A stretch of 64,000 nt of DNA. It comes from Octopus vulgaris (lineage: Eukaryota). Each line of letters begins with the position of its first letter. Position 1 is the first letter of the stretch. The notes below the pieces were generated by a model, which was not told the DNA's origin, did not search any database, and saw only the letters and a list, made by a program, of their open reading frames with translations. The stretch is from positions 47,554,001-47,618,000 of the forward strand of contig OX597818.1 in the NCBI GenBank assembly GCA_951406725.2, written 5' to 3'. The position numbers and the translations under genes were made by a program. This document shows, piece after piece, positions 56,301 through 64,000 of this stretch.

Positions 56301-59300
56301 GCAAAACTTGGCTTCATGCTTTTATCTCTACTGAGTCAATAACACATTAACCAGTTGCAGTTGTCTACTAACTGAAATTGAGATACAACTGATGCACTAA
56401 ATGTGTCTGTTGTTCTCTGCATTCATCATTCATTCAGGCTCCTATGTGCTTCAGATCTGCAGTCTCATTTCAGCAACTTAGCGTTTACAGTAGTTGTTCC
56501 TGTTGTTGGATTGCAGCCACTGTCTTGAGCTGTTTAGTTGAACAAATCGACCCCAGGATTTCTTTTGAAGTCTGGTGCTTGTTTTATCTTTCTCTTTTGC
56601 TGGACTGTTAAGTTATGAGGATGTAAATAAACTATAAACAGTTCTATATTTAAGAGATGAGGAATTATGTACATTATTTACATTTGACGGATATTTGTCC
56701 TCATCTTGTTTGTTGTTAACACCAAACAAGATGAGGACAAATATCCATCGAGTGTAAATAACGTAAACTAAAACCAGTTGTTAAGCAGTGGAGAAGCAAA
56801 TGCACACACACACACACACGGTGGACTTCCACACAATTTCTGCCTACCAAATTCACTCACAATGCCCAGGGTTTTAGTAGAAGATACTTGCTCAAGTTGC
56901 CATGCAGTGGGATTGAACCCAAAACCGTGTGGTTGCAAAAGCAAGCTTCTTAACCTCACAGCCATAAATTACTTTGTAAATCTTTATTTTCTATTTTTAA
57001 TTCTTATTTTATTTTTTTTATTTTATTTTATTTTTTTACTCTATAGGCATTGAAAACAATTCCACCTGCAGAAATGACACATTTCGATAAAATGGCTGCC
57101 TTGAGTCACCAGGCATTTAACAATATTGCCTTGCAAATCCCCGAGAACCTTGCTGGGAGAAAAGTAATCGCCGCTTTGGTGATGAAGCGATCACCAACGG
57201 ATACGGGAATTGTTATCAGTGTTGGAACTGGTGAGTAAAGAACAAGTTCATATCAAGGTTTTAACTTACAGACCCCTTGTAACCTTCTTTAGTAATAATA
57301 ACTTGAAGAATACTATTAAATTATCAATTCCAAATGATACTTAATATTTAAGTAATTTGATCTATAATTGATCCCTTGCTTTAACAGTTATTGCTAAAAG
57401 AGATCACAATGATCAATAATTTAGACTGCAATTATCTTTTAACATACATTTTACAACCCTTGTCCCTTTTTTTTTTTTTCACCTTTTTACCTTTATGGTC
57501 TGAATATTTACAATATTTACATAAATTCAACATCAATTTTGTCTTAATGATAGCAGTAATATCTTAAATTAGTTGAAACATGATAATTTATTTAAATAGT
57601 TTTAATTTAATTATTTAGAATTAATTACTAGTGAAACTTTGCCATTAATGTGAACTACCTCATTTAATATTCCAATTATCTGCCAAAAGGACATTAAACA
57701 TGCAAATTGGCCTACATTATTTAGTGATTAATATCAGTGGGTACATAAGCAGTGGTGTTGCGGGTAGTTAATGAAAGTGGACAGTTGACCAAACTTGGAG
57801 TTGAAATATGCATATACAGCTGTTCCTTCTTTGTTTGTAAGTGTGTACAGGGCTGCTTTTATCTCCAGTGTTATCTTTGGCATGGTTTCTACAGCTGGAT
57901 GCCCTTCTTAATGTCAACCACTTTACAGAGTGTATTGGATACTTTTCTCATACCACTGGCACTAGTGAGGTTGCCATGTAACTTGCAAGACAAAAAACAG
58001 CTGGGGAATTCTGTGTGTATGTGACCAATGATGAAGATCCAATGTAATTTGAGATGGTAATCCAATGATAGCTAAAGTGTTAAGATAATCCAAAAATTAA
58101 GGTGATCCAAAGTATTGGTTGAATAAATATGGAAGATCCATGCAAGCATATGATAAAGCAAAGCAATTACAAATAATAAAAAACAACTGCCAACAGGCTC
58201 ATCATCATCATCATTGTTTAACGTCCGCTTTCCATGCTAGCATGGGTTGGACGATTTGACTGAGAGCTGGCGAACCAGATGGCTGCACCAGGCTCCAATC
58301 TTGATCTGGCAGAGTTTCTACAGCTGGATGCTCTTCCTAACGCCAACCACTCCGAGAGTGTAGTAGGCTCAAAGAAGGATAAAATTGCTATAGAATAAAA
58401 ATATGTTTCTGGCATAGTCCTTTGTTGGATAGTAGAAGAAAGCCCAGAAGAGGCTGGGAAAAGAAAGAAGAGAGGAAAGGAGATTAAAAGAGACCCAGGA
58501 AAAATGAGTTAAGTGTGTGTATGTAATGTTTATATTTCTATAGATATGTTTTATAGTTCATTAAAGCAATAAGTATTGTTGTGAAAAATTCTCATCAGCT
58601 TATCTAATTGTGACCTATGGTATAGCAGTAGTCAGTTGAATGCATTGAAGTAACCTATAAGTCTTTAATTCAGATTGTGTTGTAAATTGCTCTTTATAGT
58701 AATTATCTGTGCAAGGTGCAATATGGCAGTTGAGCATGTTACTTCTATCTTGCCATGCAATATATTTGTGTGTGTAGTAAAAAAACCCAAAAAAAAACCA
58801 TCAGGTGGTGCCCATTTGGAAAAGATAGATCTGGTTGGTGCATAGAAATCTTACTACAATAAATGTAGTTGGCAACATAGAACAGAATTTAGTTTAGCTT
58901 TGGCAATCAACATTACAGCTATTTTGATGTGTCTGTGTATTTTGTGTTTGTTCAAGTTATAAATGAAAAACTATTACACCTTTAGGTAACCGCTGTTTAA
59001 CCGGTGATCATTTGAGTTTGGAAGGCAACAGTGTCAATGACTCTCATGCTGAAATAATCACACGCCGAGGTTTTCTGAGGTAAGTTTTTCCCTTCAGATT
59101 TCAGATTTAGTTTTGCTTTGTTAATTCCTTTATATTATTATTTTTATTATTACCATTTAAGGTGGTGAGCCAGCAGAATTGTTAGCATACTAGGCAAAAT
59201 GCTTAGCAGTATTTTGTCTGTCCTTCCATTCTGAGTTCAAATTCCACTGAGGTTGACTTTGCCTTTCATCTTTTCGGGGTTGATGTAATCAACTAGTATC

Positions 59301-62021
59301 CTCCCCAAAAATGTCAGGCCTTGTGCCTTTAGTAAAAAGGATTATTATTATCATTGTTATCAATTTCATTTTTGTGAAATTATTAGTGTTCATTATTTAT
59401 TTGAATGTATGTCTTGACTCACAAATCCTGTAATTTATGCATTGAATTACGTTGTGCATATCATCATCTCGAATGAAGGTTGAAAGGAAACAGGTTCTCT
59501 GTTAATCATTTTAAGGAAAGATATATACCTTTTATACATTTTATTTATCAAAATAATACAAAAGAATACTGATTAATGTGGTGCCCTAGCATGGCCACAG
59601 TCTAATGACTGAAACAAGAAAAAGATAAATGTTATTAGTTGTTTTCAAAAAGATTTTATCGAGATTCCAGTCATTTTGACTATAACCTACCAACAGAAGG
59701 TGATCAAATTAGCTTAATGATATTAAGCAACTTTCTGAATCTTATTGTAAAGAATAACTATGTCACTGAGAAAGTGCTTTCCCAAAATATAAACAAAAGC
59801 AAATCATTTTGATTTCAGTATGTAACAATTGAAATATTTTCATTATTTTTTTAATATAAAAAATATGCATGTCTGAAACTATTTAATGGAAGAATTTTTC
59901 ATTTTCTGTAATATTCTATAAAAGTATTGATTCTTCAATATTTTTGATATTCACCATACTTGGCACAGTATTTCATTCACAGTGTTCTCCAGCTTAAAGC
60001 ATTACCTGAAACTTTGGCTCATACAACATTATAGAAGATAATGGACACAGGAAAATTCAAGGAATAACAATAGATTATCCATAAAACCTATACAACAAAA
60101 GTTTTGCCAAGGCTGAACAAAACATATAAAAAAAGCCAAGTCTATATTTTTACTATGCCATTAATTTAGCACAAGCCAATAAATCATGTCAGTAACAACT
60201 ATGCTTGTGGCACAGTTCCAGCCCGGGAAAGTTACAACAAATAGAAAATGGAGTGTCTGCAGTATCTCAATATATTTCACCGCACCTCGTAATACAGGGT
60301 AGTGCATTTGGGAGCTTTAGTATTCCTTTGCATCAAAATATGTGAAGAAATATTAGAATTTGGGAAATTTATAATTTCAATTTTGAAATGGTTGAATTTT
60401 ATTCATATATATACATTTGTTTTAATAGCACAAAAAATAATTAAAACTGAACAATATGACCTTGCAACTGCTAAGGAGGAAATCAGAATTCTTACATTAT
60501 AGCAGAAAAGCATTTAGGAATATCTTTCTGTAATCAAAAGACTAGAAGCAGACTTGTGATTTCACTTAATTGAACTTGGAAAAATAATGAATTGTCTATT
60601 CCCCCACCCCCACTCTCTCACATTTCACCTGGGATAACCATGTATTTCCTCTACAGCAAGACACCTATTTCTGTCCATCTATCATAGTTTAACCACTCAT
60701 CATCTGCTACAAAGCCACCCCACTCAATACCATTACTCCTCTTAGTTGAGGGGTCTTTGCCTTCCAAGTTATATGGTAACCTTGCTGGTGCTGGTGCTGG
60801 TCCATAAAAAAAGTACCCAGTATGCTCTGTAAAGTGATTGGCATTAGGAGGGCCATCCAGCCATAGAAACCATGCCAAAGCTGATGGTTAAGTTTGGCAT
60901 AGTCCTTTGGCTTGCCAGCTCCTGCCAAATTATCCAACCCATGCTAGCATTGGAAAATGGACATTAACTGATGATGATGATGACAACAGGTATTGGTGGT
61001 GATGACAACAATGACGACAGGTACTACTGCTGCTGCAGATTTGGTGTCTACATTCTGCTTCACAGACTCTTTTCTTTGGAGACATGTCCTCAAAAACAAA
61101 AGGAAGTAAATGAGTAAATAAATAAAAATGTAATAGCTTTTTCTAGGAAGCTGATCTGTTTTGAGATACTTATATACTTAATCACTTGCTTATTGTAAAT
61201 TAGCTTATAAGATGTTGATATATCAATGTCTATAAAGCTGAAATGCAAAAAAGTTGTTTGATTTCTTGGTTATTTGTCTCATTTTGGGATGGGAACAGTT
61301 TAAGGGGCGGTAGATGGGGTTGGATTGGCGCCAAAATTTACACGGGGGGGGGGGGGGCTAAAATGGGGTGGACAATGGTGTGAGGAGGGCTGCAAGTCGC
61401 TCGGGGGGGGGGGGGGTTATCGTTTGGTTGCCATGGTGAGGAATATGGGAAAAGGAGAAAAGAAAGAGTGGAAGAAGAAAAAGAAGATAAAGATGAAAAA
61501 AGAAAAAGAAGAGGGCAATAAAAAGAACCAGGCAAAGAAGACAAACAAAAGAAGAAAGGGAAAAGGAGACAACAAAAGAACACCACCACCAAAACCCGAG
61601 TGAAGCATGGGTCTATTGATATATTAGTATTTGAATTATATTGTGTGACAGGTGAAGAAAATATAAGACCTTTTAAGAAATTAATAAAGAGCTGTCTGTT
61701 CATTGAGAAGTGGTATGTTTGTATGTTTAAGTATTATTTGGAAAATGACTGTACAATAGACTAAATTCAAACAGAGAATTAAAATGGAAATAATTTCCAT
61801 AGAAATATTGGTGGCAAAATGTTTCTGATACTATTATGCAAAACCATTATTTTTATCTTCTGCAGATATCTATACAGACACTTACTGGAGTATGATGCAG
61901 AAGTACCCAATGATCTCTTCGAGAAAGGTGAACGTAGTATATGCCGGATTAAAACCAATATAACATTCCATTTATATATATCTACTGCTCCTTGTGGAGA
62001 TGGAGCTCTTTTTTCACCCAG
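33344..62021 (+). CDS. ADAR1: ADAR1-type dsRNA-specific adenosine deaminase, partial multi-exon CDS: join(33344..35595,55014..55158,57047..57230,58986..59079,61866..62021); 5' and 3' incomplete
   Basis: All four introns are GT-AG with matching phases (TT|G, TCA|GCA, G|GT, AG|A). The joined product has Z-alpha + dsRBD + deaminase. The motifs GTGNRC and [11 protein letters not shown] match ADAR1 rather than ADAR2 (GTGTKC, TSPCGDARIF). Confidence 0.95.
33368..33550 (+). other. Z-alpha (Z-DNA/Z-RNA binding) domain coding region
   Basis: [10 protein letters not shown]...[41 protein letters not shown] keeps the Asn, Tyr, Pro-Pro and Trp of the Z-alpha signature (human KKEINRVLYSL...TPPLW). Confidence 0.88.
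34355..34531 (+). other. Second winged-helix (degenerate Z-beta-like) domain coding region
   Basis: [59 protein letters not shown] has the wHTH hydrophobic pattern but lacks the N/Y/PP/W residues. Confidence 0.7.
35751..36045 (-). mobile_element. Probable Penelope-like element remnant with a ~109-bp tandem duplication (35819-35927, 35928-36035)
   Basis: The tandem units are directly visible; a homologous single copy lies at 15820-15992; each unit has a hammerhead-like fold. The Penelope assignment is inference. Confidence 0.55.
36340..36625 (+). mobile_element. SINE family A (diverged; tail resumes ~36960-37006 after a family C insertion)
   Basis: ggttcagtcccactgcatggcac...aagtgtcttctactatagc. 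Confidence 0.7.
36657..36910 (-). mobile_element. SINE family C
   Basis: Reverse complement of family C. Confidence 0.78.
37243..37476 (+). mobile_element. SINE family B (followed by an older related copy to ~37645)
   Basis: Colinear with family B. Confidence 0.82.
38302..38510 (+). mobile_element. piggyBac-like MITE family 1
   Basis: TTAA|CCCTTTCGTTAC ... GTAACAAAAGGG|TTAA: TTAA TSD and 12-bp TIR with one mismatch. Confidence 0.85.
39011..39402 (-). mobile_element. SINE family A, full-length
   Basis: Reverse complement of family A from tail to head (cagccactcctgcgcct). Confidence 0.85.
39587..39783 (-). mobile_element. piggyBac-like MITE family 2
   Basis: TTAG|CCCTTTAGCATT...AATACTAAAGGG|TTAA; reverse complement aligns to 42849-43068. 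Strand is relative only. Confidence 0.78.
41901..42185. repeat. ~115-bp direct duplication (41901-42015 / 42068-42185), each copy preceded by (CA)n(TA)n
   Basis: agtcttttaagagtgaagg...tttaaaaagaaggat occurs twice. Confidence 0.9.
42849..43068 (+). mobile_element. piggyBac-like MITE family 2
   Basis: TTAA|CCCTTTAGTGTT...AACACTAAAGGG|TTAA; perfect 12-bp TIR. Confidence 0.85.
43458..43635 (+). mobile_element. SINE family C
   Basis: Near-identical to 5222-5411. Confidence 0.82.
46035..46158 (+). ncRNA. Type I hammerhead-ribozyme-like motif, possibly inactive
   Basis: TCTT-CTGATGA-G...-GAAA-CAGCTG-TA-AAGA: helix I, both core boxes and a palindromic helix III; helix II is long and imperfect. Confidence 0.45.
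46709..46937 (-). mobile_element. Older diverged relative of MITE family 1, opposite orientation (similar remnants at ~19690-19880 and ~44930-45102)
   Basis: ttaaccattttgttac...gaatttaataaaataac...ggttggtatcaaaaaggtttaa aligns by eye to the reverse complement of family 1. Confidence 0.6.
47005..47500 (+). mobile_element. RTE-clade LINE 3' fragment
   Basis: [10 protein letters not shown]...[20 protein letters not shown]...[17 protein letters not shown]...KWKWIG...[16 protein letters not shown] is typical of the RTE ORF C-terminus. Confidence 0.85.
49760..49986 (+). mobile_element. SINE family B
   Basis: Colinear with family B. Confidence 0.82.
52299..52520 (+). mobile_element. piggyBac-like MITE family 1
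   Basis: TTAA|CCCTTTC...AAAAGGG|TTAA; interior closely matches 38302-38510. Confidence 0.85.
52931..53083 (+). repeat. ~26-bp degenerate minisatellite x6 within a family C SINE
   Basis: Units like ggtgacacataaaaggcacccatgct run into the family C body. Confidence 0.8.
53172..53391 (+). mobile_element. piggyBac-like MITE family 1
   Basis: TTTA|CCCTTTCGTTAC...GAAAGGG|TTAA; same interior. Confidence 0.85.
54567..54932 (-). mobile_element. Non-autonomous Helitron
   Basis: Minus strand A|TCTATATATATAAA ... CCCGGCAACGCCGGG ... CTAG|T; termini resemble 22230-22624 but the interior differs. Confidence 0.82.
55014..55158 (+). CDS. ADAR1: ADAR1 exon: C-half of dsRBD
   Basis: Polypyrimidine tract + CAG ending 55013; [48 protein letters not shown] contains the KKxxK motif; donor GTAAGT at 55159. 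Confidence 0.93.
56505..56965 (-). mobile_element. SINE family A (diverged) carrying an internal hairpin insertion
   Basis: Family A halves flank 56644-56763. Confidence 0.7.
56674..56761. repeat. Intronic hairpin with 24-bp perfect core stem extending to ~39 bp
   Basis: GGATATTTGTCCTCATCTTGTTTG (56689-56712) pairs with CAAACAAGATGAGGACAAATATCC (56723-56746). Confidence 0.95.
57047..57230 (+). CDS. ADAR1: ADAR1 exon: start of deaminase domain
   Basis: T-rich tract + TAG ending 57046; [24 protein letters not shown]...[10 protein letters not shown]...VISVGTG; donor GTGAGT at 57231. Confidence 0.93.
58199..58366 (-). mobile_element. SINE family C
   Basis: Near-perfect reverse complement of 43468-43635. 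Confidence 0.82.
58986..59079 (+). CDS. ADAR1: ADAR1 catalytic exon (HAE motif), absent from the ORF track
   Basis: tttAG ending 58985; (G)[30 protein letters not shown](R); CAT GCT GAA at 59045-59053; donor GTAAGT at 59080. Confidence 0.95.
59161..59340 (+). mobile_element. SINE family B-related, ~80 nt downstream of the catalytic exon
   Basis: ggtggtgagccagcagaattgttagc...gagttcaaattcc...gcctttcatcttttcgggg. Confidence 0.75.
60800..60983 (+). mobile_element. SINE family C (diverged)
   Basis: ggcattaggagggccatccagcc...ccaacccatgctagcattggaaaatggacattaactgatgatg. Confidence 0.72.
61866..62021 (+). CDS. ADAR1: ADAR1 exon with zinc-ligand PCG motif
   Basis: ttctgcAG ending 61865; YLYRHLL...[18 protein letters not shown](R); donor GTAATA at 62022. 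Confidence 0.94.
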
Positions 62022-62564
62022 GTAATATTTTTTTTACTTATCTAAAACAATTGCATTCTATGTTTATGAAATATACATGAATACTGAAAGGGAGAATTGA
62101 AAATTGCTTTCTACACATAGATTATTGTAGGGTAATAAATTTACACAGCATATACTAGATCCATGCTGAAAATATTTTAGTCATAACAAGTTAGCTACAG
62201 ATAAAATACTTCAGTTTTCTGTTTAGTTTTTTCTTCCCCCAGTGAAGATCACTTTGTATTATTAGGTTATGAAGAATGGATAGTAAACTCCATATAAAAA
62301 CTTAATTGATTTCATAAAACATTTTAAAAGATCTTTGCCTTCTTATGTTAAGTTTCCAACCAGGATTTCTTGTAGCTAATCTTGTTTCTTATGGCAGAAA
62401 TATATTTTGAAATGGAATCTGTTGTTTCAAAAGAATTTGAAATGAAGTGTTAAGTTATAAGGTAGTCCTGTTTACTGAAGCATAAATTTCTTTTCTAATA
62501 GTTGTGAACCATTTAGGTTCTGCTCAAACTTTTATAGCATTTTTTATCATAAAAATAATAACCT

Positions 62565-62747
62565 GTGCCAGTGATGCGTAAAAGGCACCCACTACACGTT
62601 TGCAGTGGTTGGCATTAGGAAGGGGATCTAGCCATAGAAAACAAACCAAAATCAGACTGGAACCTGGTACAGCTCTCCAGCTTACCAATTCCGTTCAAAC
62701 CATCTCATCCATTGTCAGCATGGAAAGCAGATGCTAAGTGATGATGA
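62565..62747 (+). mobile_element. SINE family C (diverged); another copy at ~63715-63855
   Basis: Colinear with family C. Confidence 0.7.
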
Positions 62748-64000
62748 TTCCTTTCTACATCAAAATTATTCCTTCCTCTAACAATTCTATTTATCCCAAT
62801 TTTAATATATACTGTCTTCTCAATTTCCATTCTGTAGACTCATTTTTAAGATGAGAATCTTGACAAAAAGAAATTTCAGTTTCTTATCCTAATTACGTTT
62901 CTAATATTCTTTAACACTTTTGTTTATTAGTATCACAAAATAGGATAGATTCTCAGAATGGTTTGTACTAACTGATGATACAATAAAATAGAATAAAGCT
63001 TAGCTGTCATTTGCGAACACATATGACTTGGTAGCTTGTACTACACATTTGATAATTGTTTTGAGGTGCCTATGTAGTCATGTACAGAGAAACACAACTT
63101 CTTGGCCCTCTCTCTTGTGACTCAGTGGAGCATCAGTGATGTGACAGCTAGGGGAAAAGAGAGCTGCACTAGGGACTCATTTACGGCTGAGCAGACTGGA
63201 GCAAGCAGCACAAAATGAAGTATTCTGCTCAAGAACATAATGAGCCACTCGGTTCAGGAATTGAACCCATGACCTTATAATCATGAACAAAGCACCCTGT
63301 CCACTACCCATGCACCTAATCATTATGGCAGCCATTTCTTCTTTTCATTACTATGGGCAGGTTGATCTTCCAGAAAACTACAGTATCCAACTTCTAGGTA
63401 TTGACTGTGACCACAGATCTCTCTTGAAGCAAATATGTTCAGTCCATTCCCATGTCGGCTGCCAAGAAAATTGGATCTCTCTTCTGTGTTCACAAATTTT
63501 CCTATGCTTGACAGTATCTTGTATCTCTGTAAGGCTACCATTTGACCTTACATTGAATATTGCTGCCATCTTTGGGCTGATGCCTCTGCTGAGTGTCTTA
63601 ACTTGCTTGATTGAATTCAGAATCAAGTTATTAACAGGGTGGATCCTCCTTTTTTTAATTGGTTGGGGTCATTGGCTCATCATCACAATGTATCTTTGTT
63701 GTGTCTTTTCTATAAGTTGGCATTAAGAAGGGCATCCAACCATAGAAACCATGCCAAACCAGAGTGGAACTTGGTGCAGCTCTCTGGCTTACCGGTTTCC
63801 AGTCCAGCCGTCTAACCCATGCCAGCATGAAAAGCAGACACTAAATGATGATGGTGATTTATTTATTCCTAATTCACAGAGATACTGACTCAAGTAATGC
63901 AAAAATGGAGGAGGAAAACAAGCATATTCATAATCCAACTTTTTCAAGCAGTGTACAAGGATTGCTGCGAACAAAAGTGGAAGGAGGTTCGTACACTTTT

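Noticed and set aside
61325-61603. Lys/Gly-rich 92-aa ORF
   Set aside because: Low-complexity purine tract in an intron, possibly low-quality sequence.

Overview
AT-rich eukaryotic genomic DNA packed with (TA)n/(CA)n microsatellites and SINEs. It is most likely from an octopus (coleoid cephalopod), inferred from the repeat landscape and the protein architecture. The only supportable protein-coding gene is a + strand ADAR1-type dsRNA adenosine deaminase. Five phase-compatible GT-AG exons were assembled by hand: 33344-35595, 55014-55158, 57047-57230, 58986-59079 and 61866-62021. They encode a Z-alpha domain, a second degenerate winged-helix domain, a long Ser/Asn/Lys/Gln-rich low-complexity region, a single intron-split dsRBD and the N-terminal part of the deaminase domain (HAE and PCGDG motifs). 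The start exon is not firmly identified and the gene continues past the window end. The rest is transposon-derived: four SINE families, a decayed DD37D (maT) transposon nested in a SINE, three non-autonomous Helitrons, two families of TTAA/CCC piggyBac-like MITEs, LINE fragments and probable Penelope-like remnants. The most interesting signals are hammerhead-ribozyme-like motifs inside the ADAR1 intron (one sense-strand copy with an intact core, and a tandem antisense pair with an atypical core), plus many hairpins and inverted repeat pairs that could make the pre-mRNA a substrate for its own enzyme. Nearly all ORFs in the supplied track are microsatellite or repeat artefacts. All alignments were done by eye and repeat boundaries are approximate.
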